IMG/VR virus record: IMGVR_UViG_3300032241_000856
Source: an uncultured virus (IMG/VR IMGVR_UViG_3300032241_000856)
Taxonomy: Duplodnaviria > Heunggongvirae > Uroviricota > Caudoviricetes
DNA: 64,000 nt
Reading direction: 5' to 3' (one strand)
This document shows positions 6,297 to 15,973 of this stretch, one piece after another. Made by a program: the position numbers and the translations under genes. Under the pieces are notes generated by a model. The model was not told the DNA's origin. It worked only from the letters and a program-made list of their open reading frames with translations, and made no database searches. How positions within the stretch are numbered: the stretch's first letter is position 1; every line of letters starts with the position of its first letter.

Positions 6297-7929
6297 CGCC
6301 CTGTGTAATTCTAGGATAGGCTGCGCCAGTGGCTGGTCTAAAACCTCGATTTCCTTTGGGGAAAGTTGATCCTGTATGGAAATATTGATAAATTTGATTA
6401 GCGTTGGGGCTACCTAATCCAGTAACCGCATCCCACCCTGTAGTGCAGACATAGCCGGTAGTGTAGCCGTTTCTGTTGTTGCCCGTTGCAACATCATTGA
6501 ATAAAATAGTATAGTTGGTATAGAACGTGGACATGTTAAATGGAATTCTATAACCCAGTAGGACATTTAATCTAACCCAAATACCTGCTAGTAACGGTGC
6601 CGATGCACTGGTTCCCCCAATTTGGCTTGTTGTGCCTGCTGCCGCACTAGATGTTCCACCGTAATAAAATACATAACCAGTGCTGGGATCAGCTGGAGCT
6701 GACCAGTCAGGAACTCCTCTATGTCCTAGAGCAGTTGCGATTCCCCCGCCTGAATTGCCAGTTGATGTAGTTTTATAAGTTAACCCAGATTGCCAACTGG
6801 GAGTAGCAACCACTGTGCTTACTCCACCACCTGTTGCGCCACCACTTGCTCCGGTAGAACTTCCCCAAGCTACTTCGGCAGTAAGTGCGTTAGATCCGTT
6901 GAGTGTTACGTTAGTTCCGCCAGCCGATACAATATACTGACTACATACTGTTGAAGCCATACTGAGATTAACTGCTCCGTTATCACCCGAGCTGACAAAG
7001 AAGGTCATACCTTTTACTATGCCAGCTTGAAATGCTGTATCGTAAGCAGTAGTGTCTCCTAATCCCCAGCTCATACTTAATACGCTAGGATTGTTAGTTG
7101 TGTCATTAACTGCGGCATTTATACAGTCATTGATATTAGTAGTCCCGCCGTTTGGCGCAATGTAGTAGGCAATGTTTGCTCTAGGAGCCACTGCACCTGC
7201 ACAGTAGATATCTAGCATTGATTCAGCTGAACTATTGGTATAAAAATATGCACTGTCTACATTGATTGTGGTAATAGTAGGTGCTGTAAGGCCAATGCGA
7301 CTAAAACTGGCTGTAACATCAGGTTGTTGCCACCCTTCTCGGTAATCTTGAGGAGTAGATTGATTTAAACTTAACTCAAATATACCAATACATCCGCCGT
7401 ATCCGTCACCTGCTGGCACGTTATAAGCAGTGGCCATTTGAGGCGGAGTTACCGGATTAGAACCATAAGAAGTTCCTAAATCTGGGATAGCTATCGATGG
7501 ATCATATTCAACTATGTGTCTTACCGCTAAAAAACTTTGATCAAATCCTCCAACTGCCCTAACTGCTGACGCAATTGAAACAGGTATAGTAGGAGTATGA
7601 TCGGTTGTAATGTAGGTTCTACCATCAACAGTTTCTTCGCGAACTGTTACTTTAAACAAGTCTCCTAGCTGACCTAATGTTCCTGTTACTTTAATTGTAG
7701 CAATAGCAGATTCTGCTAACACAATAGTTAGACCGTTTGTTGTTGCCCAATTTGACACTAGGGCCATGTCTTCGTCAGTAGCACCAAAATGATAATCTAG
7801 TCCGCCGTGATCTAGTATGGGCTGGGTGCCCGCCAGGACTGCGTCTGCATATTCTTTTAATGTCATCCCATTGTCATGGGTGTCGTTATTAAGATATATG
7901 CTAACTTGAAATGATTGATTGTAATCCAT
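6286..7929 (-). CDS. Sedolisin/kumamolisin-like serine-carboxyl peptidase (S53) with N-terminal prodomain
   Basis: ESMLD (Glu/Asp of triad), SMSWG, SSGDNG, GGTSASAP (catalytic Ser), WDAVTGLGSPN Ca-binding motif. Confidence 0.9.
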   Translation of the reverse strand: MDYNQSFQVSIYLNNDTHDNGMTLKEYADAVLAGTQPILDHGGLDYHFGATDEDMALVSNWATTNGLTIVLAESAIATIKVTGTLGQLGDLFKVTVREETVDGRTYITTDHTPTIPVSIASAVRAVGGFDQSFLAVRHIVEYDPSIAIPDLGTSYGSNPVTPPQMATAYNVPAGDGYGGCIGIFELSLNQSTPQDYREGWQQPDVTASFSRIGLTAPTITTINVDSAYFYTNSSAESMLDIYCAGAVAPRANIAYYIAPNGGTTNINDCINAAVNDTTNNPSVLSMSWGLGDTTAYDTAFQAGIVKGMTFFVSSGDNGAVNLSMASTVCSQYIVSAGGTNVTLNGSNALTAEVAWGSSTGASGGATGGGVSTVVATPSWQSGLTYKTTSTGNSGGGIATALGHRGVPDWSAPADPSTGYVFYYGGTSSAAAGTTSQIGGTSASAPLLAGIWVRLNVLLGYRIPFNMSTFYTNYTILFNDVATGNNRNGYTTGYVCTTGWDAVTGLGSPNANQIYQYFHTGSTFPKGNRGFRPATGAAYPRITQGART

Positions 7930-7930
7930 A

Positions 7931-9037
7931 TTACTCTAATCTTAAGAATGTTAGTGTAACTGTAATAGCCGCGGTAGACCCGCTGTTATTGTAAATTTTT
8001 AAATAACCATTGGTCGTTACACTACCGTCATTATTAAAACCATAAACTGCTGGAGTAAAATAAGTTGTAGTAGCAGTTGTAGTGATTGCTTCTGCAATTA
8101 CTCCGCTGCCAGGTGTAGGATCTGTTGTAATAGAACGAGAACTATCTGAACTTTGAGCGCTTGAACTAGAGTAAACTACTACCCATGCACCAGCTGATAC
8201 TTGTATCCCGTATAACACATAGCCCTTGCCCATTGTAACTGTAGCTGTTGCGCTAGCACCTGATGCTAGACTAGAAGTAGTGCTTGCTACAGTTGATCTA
8301 GTGCCGTATGTTAGTGCTCCTACTGTAGCAGTAATAACGCCATTGGATATTGTAACTGTAGATCCGTCTACTTTAACTCCACCTAGTGTTGTAGTCGAAG
8401 CTGTAGGTAAAAGATATTGTAATTGATTACTACCATTTAGTGTAATTGTTGAGTTATCTATTTTAACTCCGCCAATTTGTGTAGAGCTAGCAGTTGCTAG
8501 TCCAACAGTTCCGCTAGTATTAGTAATTCCGCTAGTGCCTACTGCGGGAATAATAATTCCGCCTAGAGCAGAATTAGTAGCAGCCGGTAACGTATAAACA
8601 ACAGCTGGCGTAAAGTTAAGAACACCGGATCCTGAATTATAACTTAAGGCACCGCCACCTGATGCTGATCCAGTGGCAACTGTAAAAGTAGCGTAACCAC
8701 TGCCTTGTGGAGTATAGCCTAGTGCAGTAGTAATATCCGAAGAAGATAATGATAGCGCACCGCCTAGTGTTAGAGTAACTGCTCCGCTTGTTCCAGAACC
8801 TGTTAAAGTAAGACCTTTAATAGTTCCAGTTCCTGTAACACTGGTAATAGTGCCTGATCCGCCACCGCTTTGGCTATCTCCATATGAATAAGATAAACTA
8901 GTCCAAGCAGTAGTGCCGTCGCCGTATTTTATTTTTCTTGTATCTGTTTCTAACCCTGGCTCTCCTAGGGCTAATGTAGGATTCGCAGAAGTCCAATTGG
9001 CTGCAGTATCTCTTCTTAATTTAATAGTCGTTGACAT
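7931..9037 (-). CDS. Virion fibre-like protein with Mtd/hyaluronidase-type N-terminal domain
   Basis: IKLRRDTAANW...LALGEPGLETDTRKIKYGDGTTAW; Ser/Thr/Gly-rich; repeated LPxA...LGGVKxDxST. Confidence 0.75.
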   Translation of the reverse strand: MSTTIKLRRDTAANWTSANPTLALGEPGLETDTRKIKYGDGTTAWTSLSYSYGDSQSGGGSGTITSVTGTGTIKGLTLTGSGTSGAVTLTLGGALSLSSSDITTALGYTPQGSGYATFTVATGSASGGGALSYNSGSGVLNFTPAVVYTLPAATNSALGGIIIPAVGTSGITNTSGTVGLATASSTQIGGVKIDNSTITLNGSNQLQYLLPTASTTTLGGVKVDGSTVTISNGVITATVGALTYGTRSTVASTTSSLASGASATATVTMGKGYVLYGIQVSAGAWVVVYSSSSAQSSDSSRSITTDPTPGSGVIAEAITTTATTTYFTPAVYGFNNDGSVTTNGYLKIYNNSGSTAAITVTLTFLRLE

Positions 9038-9065
9038 TCAAAGGTCCTTTTAATATATTTAGCTA

Positions 9066-9293
9066 TCAACCTGTAGCAGACCCGCCATCTATTACGGTTA
9101 TGCCGCCTGTGGCTACGTGAGCTATAACCCAATTTTGGGTAGCTAAAGGAACGCCACCTTGAGTAGACCCGTCACTTATTCTAATAGTCATGTTAGTAGC
9201 ATCGTAGACTAATTCACCGTTTTCTCCGGTAAGTGATGAAATATCTGAAAAGTCTTCTGCTACTAATCTAAGGGATCTTTTTGGAACCGTCAT
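9066..9293 (-). CDS. Small virion protein (Mtd N-terminal-like)
   Basis: GENGELVYD...IRISDGSTQGGVPLATQNWV...IDGGSA. Confidence 0.6.
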   Translation of the reverse strand: MTVPKRSLRLVAEDFSDISSLTGENGELVYDATNMTIRISDGSTQGGVPLATQNWVIAHVATGGITVIDGGSATG

Positions 9294-9334
9294 TTTCTGT
9301 CCTTGCTATCTAGTATTTACCTAGAAAAAGCAAG

Positions 9335-9943
9335 TTACTTGAAAGGAGGACCTGCCACCCACCCAACTAGACTGTATCTTTTTCCGCGGGTTAACGGTGT
9401 TACAGTATGTAATGCAAACCCTGAAAAAAATGTCATTGATCCTAAACTTCGATCACCTGTGAATGTTTTTTCGCCTAGATGTAGTTCTAGATCACACCCC
9501 TCGTATAAACTAGTATCTGTTAACTGTAGACTAAAACTTAGCTTTCGATAACTGTTTGAATCCCATACATGATCAAAATGTTTATTATAATTGTCGTTAA
9601 GATCTTCGTAGATAGTAAACTGTAGATCTTCTATAAAATCTAAATCCCAACCCCAAAATTGATCGTTAACTCTGGTAGTAATATCGGTTAATTTCCGATA
9701 GATCCAATGAGTTTCTTCCTCTGCAGGATTGAACCATTTTACTTTACCTTTTCGATATTTTTCACTGACAATATCTTTTCTAGTAGCTGGATCTTGTAGC
9801 AATGCATCATGTAATTTAAATTTATCTGATAATCTAATAATGTCGTTACATTCTTGCGGACTAAATGCTTGAGTTACTGTAGCGTATATTTCGTGCGGAG
9901 GTGTTATTGATTTTTGTATCGGTGGTTTTAGTGGCCAAATCAT
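9335..9943 (-). CDS. 2OG-Fe(II) oxygenase (prolyl-4-hydroxylase/PKHD-like)
   Basis: LQFTIY...HFD...RKLSFSLQL...HTVTP...RYSLVGW. Confidence 0.9.
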   Translation of the reverse strand: MIWPLKPPIQKSITPPHEIYATVTQAFSPQECNDIIRLSDKFKLHDALLQDPATRKDIVSEKYRKGKVKWFNPAEEETHWIYRKLTDITTRVNDQFWGWDLDFIEDLQFTIYEDLNDNYNKHFDHVWDSNSYRKLSFSLQLTDTSLYEGCDLELHLGEKTFTGDRSLGSMTFFSGFALHTVTPLTRGKRYSLVGWVAGPPFK

Positions 9944-10383
9944 TCTTTAGTATAATATTGATAATTTACGCTCGTTGGGTTTTCTCTGTAGGTTGTAGCA
10001 CCATTCTTATGATGGAATCGTTTAGCCATAGGAGTTTGCGGGCTTAGAGTAACAATGCCCTTAAGGTCTTTATAATCTTTTAGCAACCAATCAGCCGCTT
10101 GTCTAATTAAGGTTGCTCCTGCCCCGGGCGCATAACTCCAGATAGTATAAAATACTGCAACTTCTTTGTCTTTGCTCATATTTTGTAAATCTTCTTCACT
10201 AGCTGGAATCTCTTTGAGCCATTGCATACAAGTAGCCGCTAAGATTTCTTCACCTGCTTTAAGAATTAGAATTTCAGCGGCGTCATTAATGCGTTGTTCA
10301 AGCGGAATGTGCGGTCTGACAGGATCATCTTTTATGACTCTTGTCATTGGGTCGTTGATATCTCTAATTCGGTGAAGTTCCAT
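9940..10383 (-). CDS. Conserved hypothetical phage protein (possible GNAT-like fold)
   Basis: DDPVRPHI, FYTIWSY-GAG, VTLSP, FH-KNGA. Confidence 0.65.
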   Translation of the reverse strand: MELHRIRDINDPMTRVIKDDPVRPHIPLEQRINDAAEILILKAGEEILAATCMQWLKEIPASEEDLQNMSKDKEVAVFYTIWSYAPGAGATLIRQAADWLLKDYKDLKGIVTLSPQTPMAKRFHHKNGATTYRENPTSVNYQYYTKE

Positions 10384-10421
10384 GATTCGCTACCTTGATG
10401 TTATAATATGCGTATTTATCT

Positions 10422-11858
10422 TTAGATGTCATCTCCAGGGAGATTGTTCAGTAACTCCCTTAATTTCGAACTTTCAACTTGTGCTTTAACTTTTGGAATA
10501 GCGATCCCACTTGCTGGATCTTTTATTTCTCCAGTGCCTTGATCTACAACTGTATTTCGTTGTTTGATAGAATTTAGTAGTGTGCTACCTGCACTTTGAC
10601 TATTGTAATTTCCGTATCCTTCTTCTTCAGCTAAGTCGCTGATCCTCAAACTATCGATATTAAATTCTAAATCAATTTTTTGTCCAACACCACTTGAGCT
10701 ACGTGTCTTCATTAGTTGAATTTGATAACGTCCACGTTCACGCATAGCACGACTTGTAAAGATACCAAACACATTATCAGCAGTTTGAATCTTACTCAAT
10801 CCGCCTGAGATATGACTATGATCAAACTCGACTTCTTCAACTGCTCCACGATTCAACTGAGCCGCAGTTACAAACACACAATTCTTTTCCATGGCTAAGT
10901 TACGTAATTCTTCTGACACATATTTGTCTTTAACAAACAAGTTTTCAGCACTGATCTTTTTACCAATCGGCATTAACAAGTCCAAATAGTCAACTAACAA
11001 TACGTCGACTTTGCGCCCTAGTTTAATTTCATATTCTTTCAAATAACTTCTAATGTCATTACTAGTTTTGCCACTTGGAAGATATTTTACCTGATAAGTT
11101 CCGGACTTTTTACCAATAACTTTAATCTTCATTTCAACATCATCTAAGTTTTTAAAAATGTCTCTAGTAGGCATTCCTGTTAGCATAGCATCCATACGCA
11201 TACTAACAAGTTCTTCTGAAAGTTCTAGTGTTAGGTAAACAACATTAAGCCCGGCTAATGCCCAATTTATGCCAAGATTAGCAAGAAAGAGGGATTTACC
11301 TGCACCAGATCCACCGGCAAAAATGTTAAGTTCTCCACGATTCATACCTCCAAATAACTTGTCATCAACAGCTTTCCAACCTGTTGAAACTTGTCCGTTA
11401 TTGCTTTTAATTTTCATTAATCGAGCTTTTGGATCTAAGAAATAATCAGTGCCTAAGTCCTTTTGTAATCCAACTTGAACGGCTTTCTTAATCTTTTCTT
11501 CAACTGATCCGTATTCACCTTTTTCCAGCATATCTGCGGATTCTAGGATGGCTTTTTCTAGCCCTTTGTGTTTGATAAATGTTTCAAAGTCATTCATTAA
11601 CCAATCAAAGTGTTCTTCTTTTAAATCTGATGTTTGTCTAAAATCACTGCCGGTAGACGCATTTACAATATCAACAGTTGGCATAACACTATGCTCTTCT
11701 ACATATTGATTCATAAACTCCGCGGCTTTTTGTAATTTGCGATCAAACAATGTGTGATCAAAAATACTTTGACAACGAACAAATGTTGCCGCATCTGCAA
11801 GCATCATTTCCAAGTATAATTTCTGAACATCGTAGCCGTAATCTGTGTTTTGTTTCAT
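10422..11858 (-). CDS. gp41: DnaB-like replicative helicase (T4 gp41-like)
   Basis: GGSGAGKS, LELSE, VDYLDL, AAQLNR, MKTRSS. Confidence 0.92.
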   Translation of the reverse strand: MKQNTDYGYDVQKLYLEMMLADAATFVRCQSIFDHTLFDRKLQKAAEFMNQYVEEHSVMPTVDIVNASTGSDFRQTSDLKEEHFDWLMNDFETFIKHKGLEKAILESADMLEKGEYGSVEEKIKKAVQVGLQKDLGTDYFLDPKARLMKIKSNNGQVSTGWKAVDDKLFGGMNRGELNIFAGGSGAGKSLFLANLGINWALAGLNVVYLTLELSEELVSMRMDAMLTGMPTRDIFKNLDDVEMKIKVIGKKSGTYQVKYLPSGKTSNDIRSYLKEYEIKLGRKVDVLLVDYLDLLMPIGKKISAENLFVKDKYVSEELRNLAMEKNCVFVTAAQLNRGAVEEVEFDHSHISGGLSKIQTADNVFGIFTSRAMRERGRYQIQLMKTRSSSGVGQKIDLEFNIDSLRISDLAEEEGYGNYNSQSAGSTLLNSIKQRNTVVDQGTGEIKDPASGIAIPKVKAQVESSKLRELLNNLPGDDI

Positions 11859-11893
11859 ATATGTATTATACTATCTTTATATTTTAATTTCAA
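11859..11893 (-). promoter_or_regulatory. Sigma70-type promoter of helicase
   Basis: TTGAAA-17-TATAAT, 6 nt before ATG. Confidence 0.65.
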
Positions 11894-12821
11894 GGTGTTT
11901 GACAGGATCCCACTTGTAATCCCATACTCGTTGTTTAGTGTGATATAGAACTGCACCTATACTAGAGCTTGGATCTCCCGGGTTAGGCAATGACCATCTA
12001 TATTTCCATTTAGGCATTAATTTAGCATTACATTTACTATTCATAGCACAACCGCCCATGTAGACTAAACTGTCAGCGCCTGTTAAATCTTTTGCTATAT
12101 CCATTATTGCTGTTACTTGATCTTCAAAAACAACTTGGACTGCCGCGGCAATATCACATTGATCTTGTAAATTATTAATAGGTAAAGGCCAGTCTAAAAC
12201 TCCCCTATGCAAATTTTTTGGCATTTGCAAAACGTTATCCATATAGGCCTTAACTTCAAAATAAAATCTATTTGGATCACCTTGATCGCTCATTTGTTGT
12301 AAAAGATATTCATCTTTAATAGGCGTAAGATTGATAAGTTTTGTAAATGCACTATAAAAAATTCCAAGGCTATGTGGATAACTTCTGCTCCACACTTTTC
12401 TTATTTCACCGTGTAATCCTTCCCAGATGGTGGCACATTCAAATTCTCCGATTGCATCAAGAACAACAATTGCACAATGATTGAACGGGCTAGTATAATA
12501 GCCAGCGGCAGCATGACTAGCATGGTGAGGGGTATACGTAATAGGTGCATAATTAAATCTTAAATCTTTTAAATATCGTCTAGGAAGAACTGACATGTCT
12601 AGTGCTGTTTGATATTGCCCAGCATAGACTTGTCTTGCTTTTTTAACCCAAGGTCTCTCATACCAGAATATTCTGTCAGGAGCTCCTCGGTGCAATGCCT
12701 GAGTGATGATCGAACTATCTAAAATATCATCTTTACCTGTAGCCAAAGATTGAAATTTACCGTCCTTAAAAACAGCTAGGCTTGAACCGTGATTAAGAGC
12801 GTTTATTCCCCAGGCTATCAT
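11877..12821 (-). CDS. Carbamoyltransferase, N-terminal (Kae1-like) domain only
   Basis: HHASHAAAGYY, VLDAIGE, SLGIFY, GGCAMN, PGDPSSSIGA; ends before the YrdC-like C-terminal domain. Confidence 0.8.
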   Translation of the reverse strand: MIAWGINALNHGSSLAVFKDGKFQSLATGKDDILDSSIITQALHRGAPDRIFWYERPWVKKARQVYAGQYQTALDMSVLPRRYLKDLRFNYAPITYTPHHASHAAAGYYTSPFNHCAIVVLDAIGEFECATIWEGLHGEIRKVWSRSYPHSLGIFYSAFTKLINLTPIKDEYLLQQMSDQGDPNRFYFEVKAYMDNVLQMPKNLHRGVLDWPLPINNLQDQCDIAAAVQVVFEDQVTAIMDIAKDLTGADSLVYMGGCAMNSKCNAKLMPKWKYRWSLPNPGDPSSSIGAVLYHTKQRVWDYKWDPVKHLEIKI

Positions 12822-12931
12822 TTATAGATAAAAGGATCTCTTTTGCGCAACTCTTCTAGGCGCTTTTTAAATGCTTGGCGATCTTTATACCAGCGCCACG
12901 GGTTTTTTATAAAATTCAAAAAGTTATTCAT
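12818..12931 (-). CDS. 37-aa basic peptide
   Basis: MNNFLNFIKNPWRWYKDRQAFKKRLEELRKRDPFIYK; overlaps both neighbours. Confidence 0.6.
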   Translation of the reverse strand: MNNFLNFIKNPWRWYKDRQAFKKRLEELRKRDPFIYK

Positions 12932-13898
12932 GTTTATCCTTAAACCAAGTTTTTGCTCGTAGTCTTATTTTTAATGCATTAGATTCTTTTGCCGATACTA
13001 TTAACCATAGTGTAGCCAATTTACCTAATTTAACTACTGCATCATTTATATCTTTAACATCTTCGGGCCATTCAGGCATACTAACTGACCAATCTAATTC
13101 AATTGCTTGTTCAACAGTTTTTGGACCTTCGTGATCTCTATCTGGAACTAATACAAGTTCTTTACCTAGTTGTTTTAACAACCAATTTTGACTGTCTTTA
13201 ATTTCTGCCCCAAGCAATGCACATCCATCAATACTTAGTGCATCAAACGGACCTTCGCTGACAATTACGAACTCACGAATGTCCTTTTGATTATCTAAAT
13301 TAAACACATAACCCGGTTGTTGTTCCGACAAATACTTAGGTGTAGCATCTCCAATAGTTCTAGCGGTCCAGCCTACAATTTCATTATTAAATAAAAACGG
13401 AATAATAAGTCTGTTGCTGAATCCAACTTTAGGTGTCCAATAGAAAGGAAAATCTTCAGGATATATCTTTCTATTAACCATGTATTCTAATACAGGTATA
13501 AGTTTCTCTGGAGGGTTGTCTAACAGTTCCGTAATCAGTTGACTATCCATTGGCAATGCACGGATATCAAACTTTGGAATAATACTACGAACTTCTGCCG
13601 TATTATTTTGATCTAGTTTTAACGCTTCTAATCTTAATTGTGAAATAATATCATCGGGCATGCTTAAATCCCGCATGAATTGATTCATTTTTTGACTGAT
13701 GTGTCTTCCAGGTTGCCAACTGCATTTGAATCCGCAATTGAAACAGTGATAACTAACTGCATCACCGCCGTTAATAATAAATCCACCACGTTGTCTTTTA
13801 TCGTCACAGCAGACAGCATTAAACGATATCCAACCACTTGGAGTATGTTTACGCTTGCCCGGAAGATATTGAAGTAATGTATCGGCTATGAGACTCAT
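12924..13898 (-). CDS. gp61: DNA primase (T4 gp61-like)
   Basis: N-terminal Zn finger (CC...HCFNC), TOPRIM EGPFDA, PDRD, KDIND. Confidence 0.9.
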   Translation of the reverse strand: MSLIADTLLQYLPGKRKHTPSGWISFNAVCCDDKRQRGGFIINGGDAVSYHCFNCGFKCSWQPGRHISQKMNQFMRDLSMPDDIISQLRLEALKLDQNNTAEVRSIIPKFDIRALPMDSQLITELLDNPPEKLIPVLEYMVNRKIYPEDFPFYWTPKVGFSNRLIIPFLFNNEIVGWTARTIGDATPKYLSEQQPGYVFNLDNQKDIREFVIVSEGPFDALSIDGCALLGAEIKDSQNWLLKQLGKELVLVPDRDHEGPKTVEQAIELDWSVSMPEWPEDVKDINDAVVKLGKLATLWLIVSAKESNALKIRLRAKTWFKDKHE

Positions 13899-13932
13899 AG
13901 CACATTATACTACGAAACTGTTATACTGTCAA
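13899..13932 (-). promoter_or_regulatory. Consensus sigma70 promoter of primase
   Basis: TTGACA(13932-13927)-17-TATAAT(13909-13904), 5 nt before ATG. Confidence 0.8.
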
Positions 13933-15001
13933 CGACACTGGAATAATTTGTGCCCGAAACTCTATAATTACCAAGGTTAGATGCAGTTCCAGTCCAGTTA
14001 ATTGCATAAATTTCACTTTCAGTAAAACTAGAAACAGCAGTCGAAGTTGCTCCAGTAACGGTTTGAACGGTGATGTAAATATCGTTAGCTGGTGATGCAC
14101 CGCCTAGCTGTGTGCCTAAAATCTTGATAACACAGTTTTGGGTATAGCCTGTGCCACCCTGTAATATAACCACAGAATAGGTTCCGTTTGCGTTACCTTG
14201 AACTCCAAACTCTGCACCATAACCGTTTAGGCTAGGACTTGTGTAAGTTACACGGAAATAATTATAATTTCCAACTGGAATATATGCACCGTATGGAATT
14301 AGTCCTGTATAAGGTGAACCAGTTTGTGTCCATGAGCCAAATGGTATACCAGCACTTCTAAATGATTCAACGCTGATAGTCTGATCAGTAGTTGCTTCGA
14401 TCCAAATAGTGCCGATAAATGCAGTAACTTGAATACTAAAATTTAAGCTGGTAGTTTTGACCGCTTCATAAAATTTGCAAGGGATAGCACTACTATGGTT
14501 AATAGGATATCCATTAATATCAATTTCTGCCGTGAATGTATTAAATGTTCTTGGTGGACGAGTAACTGGCAATGCATTGCCTACTAGTTCTAAAGTGCCT
14601 ACTGCTCCAAACTGAGTGTCGGTATACAACAATACATCTTGTCCGCTTGAATTTACAGCAGTAACACTATAACGCAAGTATTGAGGATGTAAACACCACA
14701 AATCTTCTTTAGGAATTGTTGAAGCGCCAACACCAAAGACGCTAGTTGATGTTACTGTGTAAGGGCTATTAGGTAAAGCATTACCCGAAGCATCCATGAC
14801 GTTCATTTCGATTAAAGAAAGCGTTGTTAGATCAATTCTTTTTTGATCAGCGTTCTGAATATCGAATTGTAAGGTATTATCTATACCATTAAAGATTTTT
14901 ACTGTTCTTGCATACACGACACGGTTCTCCACGTTAAAGCCTGCCAGATCGGCTAATAGTATAATCCTATTTGGATATAAATAACTGATAATTTTTTGCA
15001 T
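13910..15001 (-). CDS. Putative virion structural protein
   Basis: 363 aa, beta-rich; GIDNTLQFDIQNADQK; GGTGY...LGGASPANDI module; TAAATA upstream. Confidence 0.6.
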   Translation of the reverse strand: MQKIISYLYPNRIILLADLAGFNVENRVVYARTVKIFNGIDNTLQFDIQNADQKRIDLTTLSLIEMNVMDASGNALPNSPYTVTSTSVFGVGASTIPKEDLWCLHPQYLRYSVTAVNSSGQDVLLYTDTQFGAVGTLELVGNALPVTRPPRTFNTFTAEIDINGYPINHSSAIPCKFYEAVKTTSLNFSIQVTAFIGTIWIEATTDQTISVESFRSAGIPFGSWTQTGSPYTGLIPYGAYIPVGNYNYFRVTYTSPSLNGYGAEFGVQGNANGTYSVVILQGGTGYTQNCVIKILGTQLGGASPANDIYITVQTVTGATSTAVSSFTESEIYAINWTGTASNLGNYRVSGTNYSSVVDSITVS

Positions 15002-15026
15002 TTGGCAGAACCCTTTAATAGTATTT

Positions 15027-15401
15027 ATGGCAAAACTAAGAGACGATATCGAACAAAACTTACCCTTTATAAGCGTTCTAAACTACGGTGAAGACGAATA
15101 TGTCGGTATAATAATCAACCAAGATCAATTTGTAACTAGCTTCTATGATTTAAATGCTATAAAAACTCCAGAAGAAACAAAGACATTTTTAGAAATAGGT
15201 GAAACTTGGTGGTGGGAATCTAACCGTCAATTTCCCATTAATGTATTTTGCAAAGAAGAAATAATTCCTTTTGCGTATGCTATTAAAACATTTAACAGCA
15301 AGGATGTTCGAGTTATATTGGGTCCGGTTGTAAATTTAATGAACTTAACTCTTAAACGTGTAAAACGCAAGTCAGTTCAGTTAGTCCGAAAGATGCGTTA
15401 A
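15027..15401 (+). CDS. Conserved hypothetical phage protein
   Basis: 124-aa ORF; EYVGII, WWWESNR-PI motifs. Confidence 0.75.
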   Translation: MAKLRDDIEQNLPFISVLNYGEDEYVGIIINQDQFVTSFYDLNAIKTPEETKTFLEIGETWWWESNRQFPINVFCKEEIIPFAYAIKTFNSKDVRVILGPVVNLMNLTLKRVKRKSVQLVRKMR

Positions 15402-15973
15402 CTAAATTCGTAACTTATGCGTTCACAAATTAGATTCATCTGAACAACAATAGCGTGAGCGTAACCAATACTATGACTTTTCTTAAAACTATACTCTTCT
15501 GTCTTAGTCCAGATTTCATGTTCGATTGCTTGGAATCCTTTTTCCTTGCATACTGGAACGAGATGCTTTTTACCGGGTCTGAGAAGCGCAAGGAACATGG
15601 CTAACTCCTCAATACTGCGAGGTTTTAATTCTGCTATTAAACTGTGATATCCGTTAATATGGAATATCATATCACAAAATTCTTTTTGTTCTAACAAGTC
15701 CCATAAAGGTTCTTGATCAAGTAACTGTGCAAGATGTTCTTTATTTTTAACACCTTCATACACGCTTACATTTAAAAAATCAATCTTAAAATATCCGCGA
15801 TCTTCGGCGTGTTTATACTCTAATGTAGAAAGATTAGTAATTGGGTTGTATGGGATACTTTGAACATATATGCCAGTGTTATGCTTCTTGCCAGAATCTA
15901 AAGTCGCACCAATATGCTTGAGTTTATCAAGTGCTTGAGTTCTATCGGCAAAATCTATATCAATATCTGGCAT
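15398..15973 (-). CDS. Minimal DNA polymerase III alpha (DnaE)-like catalytic core
   Basis: MPDIDIDF, HNTG, FKIDFL, LALLRPG, YSFKKSHSIGY in only 191 aa. Confidence 0.8.
   Translation of the reverse strand: MPDIDIDFADRTQALDKLKHIGATLDSGKKHNTGIYVQSIPYNPITNLSTLEYKHAEDRGYFKIDFLNVSVYEGVKNKEHLAQLLDQEPLWDLLEQKEFCDMIFHINGYHSLIAELKPRSIEELAMFLALLRPGKKHLVPVCKEKGFQAIEHEIWTKTEEYSFKKSHSIGYAHAIVVQMNLICERISYEFS

Noticed and set aside
7931..9293. Diversity-generating retroelement suggested by Mtd-like N-termini
   Set aside because: No reverse transcriptase or TR/VR pair is visible; that N-terminal domain is a generic fibre anchor.
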